From contig CM060732.1 of the NCBI GenBank assembly GCA_030704615.1, positions 50,034,001-50,098,000 of the forward strand: a stretch of 64,000 nt of DNA, in the 5' to 3' direction. The stretch is from Takakia lepidozioides (Eukaryota; Plantae; Bryophyta). The notes below the pieces were generated by a model. It was not told the origin of the DNA, did no database searches, and worked only from the letters and a program-made list of their open reading frames with translations. This document shows, in pieces, positions 36,786 to 50,809 of the stretch; position 1 is the first letter of the stretch; every line of letters starts with the position of its first letter. The position numbers and the translations under genes are program-made.

Positions 36786-38640
36786 TGCGATGCCACTCAA
36801 TGGCACTATGAACGTTTCGAGCATGCTGTCAGAAAACTAGACGGGCAAAAACCCAATTCAGCAGCCTCACCTTGCGTGGATACTTGGGAATTGATGCCAA
36901 AAGGGCATGCCCGTATGCGCGCTCCATCGTGCCTCCATCCAGCACATTCTGTAAATGATGAATGACCAAGACCCCGATGTCACACCGTTCTGAGAAGCCA
37001 CTACGCGCGCTCACAGTATACGAAGGCCTTGCCGTGTCAGGATTTCCATTCCCACGTCCCGCCATGTCCGACGCAGCACTTGCATCCTTGTCTCTGCCAG
37101 GTGGAGGCAGCACGTATTAAAATATCTATTCCCCAAGGGCCACATTTTGTTTACCTCTTTTGTGAAAGCCACGTCAGCAAATGTGCTGCGAGTCATGGTG
37201 CAATGAATGCGCAGTGGTTCATGGAGTCGTTGAGTCGACTACATATTCACTTTAATGAATAAATATCTTTATTCCATTAATCGAATTAGGAAAGAAAATT
37301 TATAGTCGCATGTGCAGTAATTACAACCACTTGTAATTTTGGCTTTTTCAAATTTTATGTATTTACGCAATTCGTAAAATAGCCCGGAATTCTGCTACGA
37401 CTCCGGAGTCGTTGACCCCACTTCTGTCCGCCGTCTGAAATGCCCCCGTGGGCCCACATTGTCTGTTTCGACTCTCCAGTAGTCCCGTTTACTACCAAGT
37501 GGTTCCCGGAGTGGTCGCGGACATGCAGTCGAATAGGAAAAGACACGAATGCTTCTAGTGATGGCAGAAGTCTCATCGATGTCGGTTTTGTTGATCAAAA
37601 AGCAGTAGTGGGAGTGAGCCCCAACGACCAACTAACACTATGCTCTCCTCTCAACCTATACTGCTTCTTTAGTCGCACTGTAAGCTACCCTTCATCATCA
37701 CACGTTAGTTATTATACCAGCGAGGGTCTTCTTTAGGTCCACAATGGGGACCTTGGATAGGAACCCGGTCTCGTCTGCCTCCACAATGCTGAAGATCTTC
37801 TGAGGACTCCGCGGGTTCACCTCCAACCACAAGTACTCCCCATAAATCCGAGCCTTCGTGTGTCCACATGAAATCCTTTCGCATGTGCAGCACATGCAAT
37901 CACATTCCAAATACACAAAGGAACCCCCATAGTAACATATTGCATAACATATGACTTTGGGGCATTCGGCTTGTACAACAACACTATTCCTTCCAGACAC
38001 ACTCATTTCTCCATGCTGGAACCAAACAAAATGTTTGCAACGACAGTGCGTGTCCCTCTGCCAATCACGGCTGCAGCACATCCGAGATGATCGCGGGGAT
38101 CTTCAATGGCAACTTCAATAAGACTGCATTCGTACTGAATAGTATGCCATGACCTGAGTTCGTAATGAAAAGCAGCCCAAAGGAAGTTGGAAACCCTACC
38201 AAAAACAAACGCCCTGAAATGTGTCTGCCTTTGCCCAAACGTAAGTGCGAGTGTGTTTTTTCAGTTGCGACTTAAGCTGCGATTGAACATATGCTAGTTC
38301 AAATGCGGTCTGCTAGGTCACCAATGACTACAGCTGCGAAACCGCCCAACCCTGCTACACTGCCACCCCCAGCCCAGACCGATTGGGAAAACATTCATCA
38401 ACATTCCGAAAGCAAAATCTTCATGAGGACGCTTAACCAGCAAACGTCTCGAACGAGTGAGGTTCACCTCCACTGTATACTGCCTCCTTCAAATAAAATG
38501 AAGATATACATTACTGATTTTGAGAACTGAATAAACTAAACATATGCCGCTTCCCATGTTTGACTGTTTTTGGGGGCTTTCAGGCAGATGGTCACATAAG
38601 CAGCTGTTCCGAGTGCAAGAGTCGGAATATTATTGGATGG

Positions 38641-39692
38641 TGTCGCGCGGCTTTTACTCACCCATCCCTTCGCTATCCGAGGCGGAAACTCCAAGATAGA
38701 AGAGTTGGAAATCTCTAAGTACTCAGCCCGCGCAGAACAATCAGTCATGACCTACAGCTAGTGTATCATGGGGGTGTTTCCTATTTGTTTCCTTTTCCGC
38801 ATTCATCTTAGCTACCTTACCATTGATAATTAAGTATCAGTTTGCTTCATCAATTTATCGGTTTCCTTCTCCTCCATTCAATCCACAGCTTCACTCAGAT
38901 CTCTCTACACAGTGTGATTGTATCGTATAAGTATCAGATTATGATTTATCAGGTATCAGGCCGAAGCCATTGTGTCTCTATTCTCCTCTACAATATCCCT
39001 ACAGCTTTGCATATAACAAGCATCTACTAATCCTCTTTCCTCCTTCATCGTGCTCACCGACTTCTGCTCCCGTCTCACTCTCCGAAATCCTCCTCCCCCG
39101 AATCATAATCCCTTCTTCATTCCCCGTTTCTCTCCCTTTATCCTCCTATCCGCGGTTCTAACCGTTTCCCTCTCTAACCGTCGTATGTGAATTAACATGT
39201 TCCCTTCACAGGTGTTGTTCCCACAGTCGTTCCCTGTCCTACTCTTCGTTCCCTATTATGACTGTGTCAGGTGTGGTCTGTGTTGCTGCTGGCTGTGTGA
39301 CTGTGTGTGACTGGCTGTGTGGTCGTGACAGCTGTGTCAGCGGTGACTGGCTGTGTTTGGCTGTGTCGGCTGTGACTGGCTGTGTGGCTGTGCGGGCTGT
39401 GACTGTGTGTCTGCTGTGACTGTGACGGCTGTGTGGCTGTGTGGGCTGTGACGACTGTGACGGTGCTGTGCTGTGTGTGTGTGTGGGCTGTGCTGTGACG
39501 GCTGTGTGGGCTGTGACGACTGTGACTGTGTTGGCTGTGTGGGCTGTGACTGCTGTGTCGGCTGTCTATGTAACCCCCCTCTACAGTGCGCTGCTGTCAC
39601 CCCTAAGGTTCCTGTTGTCTCAGTCTGTGCAAAAATTAAGGGTACCCTACAGATCCCGTATAAGTGTCTAAGTCCCCTACAGTCCTCTAACA
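38641..39692 (-). repeat. 3' LTR (1052 bp)
   Basis: tgtcgcgcggcttttactca...gtcctctaaca; adjacent ttaccccttcccccctca is the polypurine tract on the minus strand. Confidence 0.95.
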
Positions 39693-39899
39693 TTACCCCT
39701 TCCCCCCTCAAAAAGCCGTGTCCTCACGGTTTACTGTTTCCGAGTAGCAACCCTTTGTGAGTGAGCACCTTGTTGACGTTGAGAGTTTCGTGGCGGGCTG
39801 TGTGTACGAGCCCGAGGTCTGTCTCTGGTTGACGGAGATGGTTGATCACTACCTGGATAAGTGAGGCCTTCTGGAGGCTGATATCGAGGTAATCTTTCC

Positions 39900-42800
39900 G
39901 GCATAGGAGATCCCCTTTGTTTCTTCTCTTCCATCTGAATTGCATAGTCTCTCCCATGTCAAAAGAATTTCTGTGAAGAAACAGTTGTAGAATCTCTCAG
40001 GTGTTTTAATTTTCGAACTTTTTGTGGAATCATCTGGGGCATACAATGCTGTCCTACCATGTCTGGAAGTTTGCATTTTACAACCTGGTGTAACCGTTGA
40101 ACAGCAAAATTGGTGTAGACACTGAGCTCCTTGTCTGTCCAGATGAGTGGGTCACTTGCATTGCCCATGCACCCTTATAGAAAATTCATCAAGTCCGAAT
40201 TTCTGTGTTGACAAATTGTTGCAGGCTGCTTGAAACCATGAACGAATTTGAGAATCCTTCTGTATCATAACTTTTGGGTCATATAGGTACATATGAGGTG
40301 CACCGAAGGTAATACCCAATGATCTCCACTGGAGTAACTTTGAAAGCGTGCTTGCATCTTTTGTTGCTCAATGTGGTAACGTATCAGAAAACAAGCAGCG
40401 TAGTATAGCCCGCACCCCATGACAATACTTGCTATCTCCTTGGTCTTGGTATAAATGAGTCCATGTACAACCTGGAAAGCAACCAATTCCCTCAACATGG
40501 TACCTGCCTCGTGCCAGTATTGTGCAAAGTGATGATCTTCAATATGTCGATTGTTTGGAAGAACTTTAGTCCTGGTTGCCACTGGCAGCCAAATACGCAT
40601 GATTTGGTAGTAATGTGCGAATGACTGCGGAGGACTAAATTCTTTCCAAGCCAAATCCAACATGATGGGAATTTGGTTGAAGGGCATAATCATAGCCCTA
40701 CTGTACTCCCTGGCAGCTGGAGTTTTAGGTGGGTTAAAAGCTGCATTGCCCCATACCTCCGGCTGTGGTGGCTGTGGTGTGGTTGTAGTAACCACAGGTT
40801 CAGCTACTGGTACACTGACCTGTTGTGGTGGTGGTGGTACTGGTTCCTGTACCATTGGCATCTCCTGCACCTCCTGTGAAGACTGAAAAGCCAGAGTTCT
40901 GGCTTGCAAATAAGAAGCCATTAGCTGTTCCTGAGGGATATAGACTCTTTGGTCGATGTTTGAAGTGAGGTCTTCCACTTGAGTCTGGAGTCCGTCTACA
41001 TCCTCTTGTAACTCTGCTATCCTACTATAGACATTGTCTATAGTAGTTGTGGCAATGTTCTGCACCTGCAGTCTGAGCTCATTCATCTCGCTTTGGGTGA
41101 GCTTCCGTGGGCTTTTGCCCTCTACTGGCCCTTGTGCTAACCAGACCTGCATAAGGCTGTTATCCACCAAGCTGCTTGTGGTTCCCCTGAGAGTTTGCTC
41201 CTCTCTTAGCTTGTACAATTCCAACTGCTGTTGTAAAGCCTCCATGCGCTTCGCCTGTGGCTCAACCAATTGCGCATAGGCAGCAAGTAGATTATTGGCT
41301 TCTTCCTTCGAAGCCTTGTTACTGACCGCGATTTCATTTCTATTGGCCACGATGGTTTGTTGCAACTCCACGATGTATTTCTCTTGCTCAGCTTCCATCT
41401 GCCTGTATTGCTTGAAAGTATCTTCATTGCGACAGATTGTATTCTTCATATCGACAATGAGCTTCATGTGCTCCACATTCTCTTCTTCTGCCTTCGTACA
41501 TTTTTCCGCTTGACTGTTTATTTCTTTTGTTGATTGGTCAAGCATAGTTGTAAATGTAGCGCATTGTATCGCCATCCTGTTATGCACTGTCTGCAACTCC
41601 GTATGTAGTGCATTCAGTTCTTGCAACTTGCTTTCATGCTGCACCTGCATTTGGTATAGCTGTTGCTTATGTGCTTCGTGCAACTGGTCTTGCGCGAGGC
41701 CTGCCTCAATCAATTGTTGCTTGGCCAATTGCAAAGCCATTTCTGTATTGGCCAAGTCCTGCTTCATCTTGAGAGTGACCTCTTCATCGACCTTGTTTGC
41801 ACACTCAGTGGCAAGTCGAGCCTCAAACTCCTTCCTGAGTTCCTCTTTCAAGGCTGTCAATTGGGTAATTGGAACATGGGTTTTGACATAAGTCCCCAAC
41901 AAATTAAGTGTCCTGCCTATGGAACTCATCAGCATTGCCTGTTGAGGGTCATCATGGTGAGGTTGCTGCTGTTCCTCCTGATCTTCAACAGTATGATGTC
42001 TCACTAACCATTCAGACCATTGTCCCACCCGGATTTTCTTCCTGAACTACTTCATTTATGACCGGTGCTACAGTGTCATGGCCTTCCGCCTGTGGTACCT
42101 CCGACACAGGTGTGTGCATTATATGTACCTCAGGATTTCCTTGGGCAACTGTTGCACCTCTGGGATTTCTGTCTCTTGACCAGACCAGAATATTCATAGA
42201 GAAGGTCCCCTTTCTCTATTTCTGCCCACTATCTGTTCTGTAGTTGGAATATCTATCCCTTCACTTTCCAAATCAATTATTTCGGGTTGAGCTGCATGGA
42301 TAACTTGTGACCTTGTGACAAGTCGTTCAAGTGGCTGTGTTGGTTGTGATGCAGAAGTAACTTCTTCCTCCCTCTCTGAAGGTCCTGCTTCCAGTAATAA
42401 CATTCTTTGTGCTGCTGTGCCCCTTCCTGGTCATGAGCTTGGGAAACATTATCATGCGGAATCCGTGAAGCCAGTGGATCCGCCACTACAGTCTTTCCCC
42501 TTCTCTGCCTCTTAGTCTCGGGTTGTGCTGCTAGTCCACCCTCACTGTGTGAAGAGCCTTGCTCTTCCATTGCAGTTGTTTCTGGCTCAAACACTCCCAT
42601 TTCCTTCCTTTCTTGTGCATTAAGTATGCCAGAATTAAGGATTATTTGAGCAATGATTGGGCCAGACACTATGATAGGAGATTTTGCGGTAGTACCTTGT
42701 AATCTTTTCATCTCCTCTACCAGTGCGTTGTACATTATGTCCGCCCATTGTACCTCTTGTCCCTTCAGCCTTTGAGGATTTCCTCTGTGAAGGATCTGCT

Positions 42801-43400
42801 CAAATATTGTTGGTTCTGTTTCAGGGCAATCAGAACGTTCAATACTTGGCCTATGTCTTTTAACCCTGGGTACACAGCTTTGGTACAAGCATAACCCTGA
42901 GTTTTAAAGAAACTCCCTTCTTGGAATAAATCCCCTATTTGCAGTCTTTCCCTGTGTTCCTCCACATACACATGACCTGCTGGCAATCGAAACAATTGCT
43001 GGAGGTATAGGGGAGTAATCATTAATTCAACTCCCTTCACCGTTGTTGTTCCTGTCTTTGGCTCAAAGTTCTGCAAAATTGTAACATGTACTGTCTATGG
43101 TGTAGTGTCCAATCCATGCTTTGCAATCCTTCCAATCTCAGCTCCTTCAGTATCTTATCGCCTGTGGGGTAGCCATCGTTTGTTTCTGCAGAATTGTGGT
43201 GCTCTTCACCCTGATTTCCTCCATTCCTCTCACTCTCTTCATCTTAGACTCACAGAACTGCTTTGGCTGTAACAACTGCAGGAATGCCTGTAGTGCACAA
43301 AGCAGAAACGTATGGTTGCCGCAGAAAGCTATGGGTAATCTCTTGTAAGCCTGCGGGGCTTGCAAGCATTGTTCAAGAGAAAAGCTCTGCTCTTCGTTTC
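39900..43400 (-). CDS. Extra ORF(s) downstream of pol: Athila-type accessory N-terminus followed by long coiled-coil (587-aa open piece 40265-42028)
   Basis: FEPKTGTTTVKGVELMITPLYLQQLFRLP..LKGQEVQWADIMYNALVEEM (42277-43076), then a Q/E-rich heptad region. The pieces abut via frameshifts. Confidence 0.6.
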
Positions 43401-44214
43401 GTGTGTCTCTGCCATTGCGTAAGTAATATTGCGAGCGTATAGTCTGTTAGTTCCTCCATAGTTTCCAAGTTATAGCATTTATGGCCTGTCCTGTCGAGAC
43501 GCCCGTTACTCAGAACGACGCCGCCTCTTGCGCTCAATTTCCCTCCATTTTCTTGATCATTTCTCTGGTTTTCTATTGGCTGTATCCGCTGTGACTGGAT
43601 TTTAATTTATCTTCTTTAGTGGACTTTCCCTGTTGGATAGTCCACTAGGATCACACATGCGACATGAATTCGTTTTTCTGTACTTGCCGTTCGTTCTGTT
43701 TCCCTTTTTCCGTATTCATTAATGGGCCCGCCTTTCATCCCTTTGACGGCCGTTCTTGTCTTTCTTTGACACCTGTCCTTGCACTTCATTCTCTGCTGTG
43801 TCGCACCCTGACCTCCACGTGTCTATTTTTAAAGTAATTTCCGTTTCCTCTTCCGTCATCCATTTTCCTGAAGTTATTATGTGTCCACTTGTCACTGATT
43901 CTATGGATCGTGTAACTTTAGTAGGCTGTGTTGAGCTGTGACAGGCTGTGTCATACTGTGTACGCTGTGATAGGCTGTGTTGCACTGTGGTAGCTGTGAT
44001 AGGCTGTGCGGTAGGTTGTGATAGGCTGTGATAGGACGCCGTGATGGGCTGTGATAGGCTGTGTCACGTTTGTTTTGCCCACCCGGTCATATATACTGGG
44101 CCTAGCGACAAGTGTTCCATACTCCGTTCGTAACACTGGTGCAGCCCGTGACTGCTCTTGCGGTTCAATGCAAATCATGCTGCAGGGGTTTGTCATGGAT
44201 ACCACTGTACCCCT

Positions 44215-47200
44215 TCAACTTATTTGCATTGACTCTTCCCAGCATTTCTTTGTTAATGGTTTGTAACATGGCGTGTTGTTATCATACATCTTTTGTATGA
44301 CATAAGGTCCTTTCCATGGTGATTTAAGCTTAGAAGCTTGAATCTTTCCTTTCTTCTGCAACCATAGAACCAAATCCCCCGTCTTAAAAGTCTTTAACTT
44401 GCCTTCATCAAACTGTTCCTTTCGCTTCATCTGAATTCTGGTCATATTATCAGCTGCATCAGCACGTACTTCTTCCACATGGTATAATTCATGTTTCCTG
44501 ACCTTGATGGAGTCTTGCAATTCCATTCTTTTTCCCCACTCCGTTCTCATGGTAGGTAACAGGAATTCTGGAAGTAAGGCTTCCATACCATAAACTAATT
44601 GGAATGGTGTATACTTAGTGGTGACTTTATATGAAGTCCTGTATGACCACAAAGCTGTCAGCAGCTTTGTATCCCAATCCGTTCTGTTTGCATTGACTAT
44701 CTTAGCCAAGATAGTACATAGTATTTTGTTGGTAGCCTCTGCCTGCCCATTACCCTGTGGGTAATATGTTGTACTCTTTCTATGCACAATCATAAACTCT
44801 TTAGTCAATAACTCAATGGTCTCATTCATGAAGTGACTTCCTTGATCACTGATAAATTCTAAGGGACATCCAAATCGTGTAAGTATGTTCTCGTACAGGA
44901 ACCTTGCTGTGGACTTGGCTGTGTTGTCCCTCAAAGCTTTAGCTTCCACCCACTTTGTAGTATAATCAGTGGCTGTAATTATGTACCTGTTTCGTGTATT
45001 CTTGGATGGTGGATTAATTGGTCCAACAAAGTCTAGTCCCCATTTCTGAAATGGTTCCGTAGGCATTGTAGGATGCAAGGCCATTCTTCCAGATCTCTGC
45101 AAAGGTCCTAGCCTCTGACATTCATCACACTTCTGACAATACTCATGTACATCTTTGAACAAAGTAGGCCACCAGTATCCTGCGAGTAGTATCTTTCTAC
45201 TGGTAGTCTCTTCTCCAAAATGACCTCCAGCCACTCCTTTATGAACTTCCTCCAAGACTTTATTTACTTCATGGTGGTACAAGCATCGTTTTAGTACTCC
45301 ATCAGGTCCTAACTTATACATTCTGCTTCCTACCATAGTATAAGGTAAAGCTTTGATAGCATTCTCTTCCTCTCTGCTCCTTACCATAACTAGGTGGGCA
45401 CTGACCATGAGCAAGGTAGTATCTGATTGGCCACTGCCAATCTAACCATTCATCTGCACTTCCTTGCACCTCCATTACAAATAAACTCGCATCAGGTAAC
45501 TGATCGTCCACTCCTGTGGCGGCCTCTCCTGTTGTTAGTCGTGACAAATGATCTGCCACAAGATGCAAACGGCCAGGCTTGTAAATAACCTCGAACTCAA
45601 ACTCATGCAAGATTATTAACCACCTCGCTATCCTTCCACTTATCAAAGGTTTGTTCACCAGATATATCAGAGCCTGGTGATCCACATAAACATAAACTTT
45701 CTTCCCAATAGGTAATGCCTGAATTTCTTCACTGCATAGATCATTGCCAATGCTTCTCTTTCCGTTGTGCTATAGTTCCTCTCAGCACTGTTCATCAACC
45801 GGCTAGCATAGTACACAGGTGAATCTATATTTCCCTGTAACATTCTGGGCTAACACCGCTCCCAACGCTTCTCCTGATGCATCGCAGTGAACATGAAATA
45901 CTACATGCCAGTGAGGGTTAATCAGCACAGGTGTAGTTGTTACTGACAGTGTAAGTTCCTCAAACGCCTGTTGACATTCAGCTGTCCATGCAAACACTGC
46001 ATCTTTCTTCAGAAGCTTGCTCAATGGTGCTGCTATTTGTGCATACCTTTTGACAAATCTTCTGTAATAACTGGTTTGCCCAAGGAATCTCCTTAAACTC
46101 TTAACATTCACTGGTGGTGGAGAGACTTTAATGGACTCTGTCTTCCTGGGATCCACAAGAAGTCCCTTCTTACACACAATGTGTCCCAGAAGCACCCCTG
46201 AGTTCACACAGAAAGTACACTTCTCTGGGATTCAAGCCCAGACCTCTCATCCTGCATCTGGCCAGGCATAACTCCAATTTATGCAAGTGCTCATTCTTAG
46301 AGCTGTACACACTGAAATCATCCAAGAACACCTGCATGAAATCATCCAGATACTCATGAAAAGATTCACTTATCACTCTCTGAAAGGTCGCTGGTGCATT
46401 ACAAAGTCCAAAGGGCATGACTTTGTATGCATAAGCCCCCCAGTCTGTGATGAAAGCTGTTTTCCCCTTGGTCTTCTTCTGCCACTTGCACTTGATTATA
46501 ACCACTGAAGCCATCCATGAATGAGTACATCTCATGGCCTGCCACAGTGTCTAATACTGCTGCTCTGTGAATGGCAAAGGGAAAGGATCTTTCTTCGTAC
46601 AAGCATTCAGCTTCTTATAGTTCACACATACTCTTAGTTTGCCATTCTTCTTGGGAACTATAACAATGGGTGACAACCAAGTTGTATACTCTATTGGGTA
46701 TATAAACTTAGCCTCAGCCAACTTCTTTATATCTCTTCTCCAACCTTCTGTGCGTAGTTGGGATTCATTCTATACCTCGCCTGCTTGATTGGTACTGACC
46801 CTGGTTCCAGTTCAATTTTATGCTGACAGACTTCAGGTGGTATCCCTTTTAGATCCTCATAGCTCCAAGCAAATACATCTCTGTATTTGATGAACAAGCT
46901 TTTTGCTTCTTCGAAGAATTCCGGCTCCAAATCAGCTCCTACTTTCACCATCCTCGGTTCCTCCTGAGTTCCCACATTTACTTCTCTCACCTGCTCATCA
47001 GCTGTGATTGTCCAACCGGTCACCACTTCATCCTGTAAGCTCACAGTGGCTGGTTCTTCTAGGATTTCTATTTCTCTCTTCTCTTTCTTCATAGAAATGT
47101 GATGGGTAAATGCTGGTTTCCTTCTTCAGTTGGTGTTGCTGTCACTACACCACAGCAGATACCTCTCAAACAACTTAGGCTTTCCAGCCGCATCTCTGCA

Positions 47201-49912
47201 AACCTGCTCCCATTCTGGGTGTGCAGCAAATAGGGTAGCTTCCTGCTCCTCATCCAGTCCTCCCTCCAGTCATACTCTCTGACTCCTCGAGGTCTTCTTG
47301 TAGCAGGTAATCTACTAGATTTCTTGTGGTAATTTGTATCTCGTGCATCCCATTTATGCACAGTTAGTAACTGAGAATTCCAGTCATGGAATACCCTTGG
47401 CCTGTTTCAGCCACGGACGTCCCAATAATAAGGAGTAAGCCTCCATGACTTCATCCATTTTTAATACAGTTACTGTGATCATAAAGATCATTTTCTGTAT
47501 CTGTATCTTAACTCCTCTTATTAATCCAATGGCTGTACACTTCTTTGATCGTGCCATTGTTACTGTAAATGGGGCTGGTTTCATGTTACTTAGACCAAGC
47601 TTCTTCCTTAATTGGTCTGTCATGATATTTACTCCAGAACCACCATCTATCAGTACATCAGTTAGTTCTGTGCTTCCAATTCTCAATTGGATTACTGGCA
47701 TAGAATCATCAAAGTCCATGACTGGTTCTCGCCCTTCCGGCTTCACATTATAACTGGTCACCTTGCTGTTCAGGTCTGTGTTTCCTGTCTCTTGGGCAAT
47801 TCGATTGATTGCCTGATACAGCCTGTGCCTACAATAAGGTGCCACAGCTAATAGCTGTCCAATGGTAATTTCTGCTTTGGTCTGACATATTACTTCAGCC
47901 AAAGTCTCTTCATTACTTTGCATGTCTGCATCTTCTTTTTTCCTTTCTTCCTCACTCCCTCTTTTTTCTCATCCGAATCAGAGGAATCTGCCACAGGAAT
48001 ATCAGTACTCTTTTGCATTTCCCTTATAGTATCTGCCACTTCCTTGTGCAGTTCCTTCTCATCTTTCCAAGTCTCTTCATCTTCAGGCATATCATTGCCA
48101 CTTCCAGTCTCATCTTCTTCCTCTTCTACTGGAGGTATTAGTTGGCTTTACTTCTTGTTACTATCATTGTACTTACTTCTGGTACAACACATGGCCTAAC
48201 CATGTGAGCTGCCACCACTGGGCCCTCATTCACAGGAGCTCTCATCTCATTCTGGTGTCTTATCCAGAATGAACAGGCTGCCTTGCGATGTCCTGGCTGA
48301 TTACAATAGTAACATAGCTCTTCACCATTGGGTCCTCGCCCTTGGTCTGTTCTTGGATTATTTCTATAATCCTGATTCCCGGGCTGGTAATTCCCCCTTG
48401 GATTACCCTGATAGTTGCCTCTGGAATTTCCTTGGTAATTCCCTCTTGAATTACCTCTCCCTTCCATGCCATTGTTATAACCACCAGACCTACCATAGTG
48501 GTCCTGATCATTGTTCTTCTTGGCTGGGGCTGCACCTGATGCACCCTTACTTGCCTAGGTTCTCTTGCAGCTGTCCTTCTGTTGTAGTAACAATTCTCAG
48601 TAGAATGGTTATCCATTTTACAGATAGTACAGTGTTTCTCCTTGTGCATTCTGTTGGTATGGCCTTCATTCTGGCACTTTGCACACCATACACCCTTCCT
48701 CCAATGTGTTGCAGCCTCTGTGGCATACTTCTTCAAGATTTCTTCCAATCTTTTCTCATAGTTATCCCTCTTCAACTTTTCCTTTCTCTTACTCTTTCTT
48801 TTTAGTTCTTGCTCTTCTTCTTCATCTGACTCATCCTCAGAGTCCTCATCTTCCTTTTTCTCTCTCCTGAGCATTCCCAATTGCTCAATTCTGTTTGCAG
48901 TTTCAAATGCCTCCTCCACTGTATTATGGGGTAACATATCCACTTTCTTTGCAACTCTGGTCTTAGTCCACTCACAAACCAAGTCTTCTGTAAACCGGGT
49001 GCTGGTACTGCAGCCAGCTTTTTCATCATCAATTCCATCTTCTCCATATACTCTTCAACAGTTTCATGCTTCTTCTGCTTCAGCTGTTGTAAACTTCCAT
49101 ACACTTCATCCTCAGTTTTACTTGTCCTGAACCTATTTCGAAATGCTGTATTCAAGCCATTCCAGGTTAGGAAATGATTATCAGGGAATCTTGCATACCA
49201 TTCACTTGCTTTCTTGATAAGTGAACAAGGAAACAGTCTCATCTTGGCATCATCGCCATTCTCATTGTTCACTATACACATGTGCTCAAATTGGCTAATG
49301 TGTACATCGGGATCCCCTTTTCCTGAATATATTGGAAAGGGTGGTTTTGCCCGTGTTGGTTGTAACGCCATCTGTGGCCCTACCTTCTGCCCACTGACAG
49401 GTGCTGGCACCCTTGCTGGTGCTGGTCCTTCTGGACCTGTTGTTTTTGTGGTGGATCTTCCACCAAGTGGTGGCCCTTGAGCACTCCCTGCTTCTGGGCC
49501 CCACGATATTCACAGTATTCCCAGCTTCAGTTGCACTACTTCCCACACTCCCTGTCCCCCCAGAGCCAGATCCAGGCAGCCCGCCTGATCCCCCTGAGCC
49601 GACACCTTCGTTGGCCTGTGATCCAAGTGCTCCACTTGATCCAGGTCCAACGGGTTGGGATGTCCTGGTTGTAGTCTCAACCTCAGCTGTTGGGTCTACT
49701 TCTTCATATTCTTCCTCTTCCAATTCTTCTCTCTCTCTGTTTTCATCCTCCAAGTTCTGCCCTTGGGTTTCTTCTTCACTCATGTAACTCAACTGTAATG
49801 GTGTTGGAGAGTCTGAACTCTCGTTGGCTCTGCCACATCCTCTCTCCTTCTTCATCTTCTGCTTCAGAAACTGGAGTTCCTGCTTTTGGTGTTCCATGCC
49901 AACTCTTATCAA
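44215..49912 (-). pseudogene. gag-pol polyprotein (frameshifted)
   Basis: Gag DPDVHISQFE..LFPCSL..ASEWY..QLKQKKHETVEEY; zinc knuckles incl. CYYCNQPGHRKAAC; protease LIDGGSGVNIM; RT SFMDGFSGYNQ, MPFGLCNAPATFQR, VFLDDFSV; RNase H VHCDASGEALGAVL..DHQAL..VADHLSR; integrase HKGVAGGHF..CDECQ, WGLDFVGP, ISDQGSHF, YPQGNGQAE, WKGPY. Confidence 0.95.
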
Positions 49913-50788
49913 AGATTTCTGTCAAGTCTTTTATCCAAGGATGTACCTCAGATCTTTCACCTCGTGATTGATCTTCTTCCTGTACCAATTCCCTTAATCT
50001 TTCTTGCAAAGAAACAGAAGGAGTGGCATCCAACTCTAGTTCTTCCGGTATAGGTGATGCACTTTTTGATCTTGATGGTGAGAGGTCCAGATGATTCCCC
50101 TATGTCTATTCCTCTCTCCAAAGATATGGATAATTAGCTTTCAGATAGCTTTCTCTTTTTGATGAATATCTTTGTCGTCTAGCTTCTCTTTCATCACTCA
50201 TGTCCCATGTCTTTCATTTCTTTTAATGTGGCAATAACCAAAACTCTCTTCTGTAATATCTCTCGTATATGCCTGGGTTTCTTTCAAGCTCAATGCACCC
50301 TTGGCTATACTTGAAGTCTCCGTTACCATATAACCATATGGCAAACAAGTCTGAAAAGCTGTTCTTGGTGTGAGTTTGATCCACAAAATATCCTTTGGAA
50401 TCCAATTCTTTACCAGTACAAGCTCTTCATGCATATGAGTATAAACATTCACCTTTCTTTTCTTCCCAGCCTTCAAACTCTACTCGTTTAATGGATAGCA
50501 ACGCTATCACATAAACTAATGTTGGTAACCAACGTGCTCTTCCTCTACAGGCTACCTGATAAATCTTTATCACTCCTTTCTCCAGACCCCATTCTGGATC
50601 AGCATCATGCACTCGTTTAAGATATTTTCTTTACATCCGTCTGGCAATTCCAAGAACCTTTGAAAGAATTGTTTGGACAATCTTTCTTCCTTCGTTCCAC
50701 AGGGAATTTGATTCACTTCAAATTCTTTAATGGTCCAACCACCATGATCCCACCAGATGCCTGTCACATCTGGTTGTTCATGTCCCAG

Positions 50789-50807
50789 GTCCCCAGTATG
50801 GTCGCCA
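50789..50807 (-). promoter_or_regulatory. Primer binding site TGGCGACCATACTGGGGAC
   Basis: Starts 2 nt inside the 5' LTR boundary on the minus strand and begins with TGG. It resembles tRNA-Arg-type PBS (tRNA identity not verified). Confidence 0.75.
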
Positions 50808-50809
50808 AA

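Noticed and set aside
39337-39760. Cys-rich / QPT-repeat ORFs in the LTRs
   Set aside because: Artefacts of the CTGTG minisatellite.
45420-45560. Additional RNase H (Tat-type) or chromodomain in the gypsy element
   Set aside because: RNase H is followed directly by the integrase N-terminus, and no chromodomain is seen after GPY.
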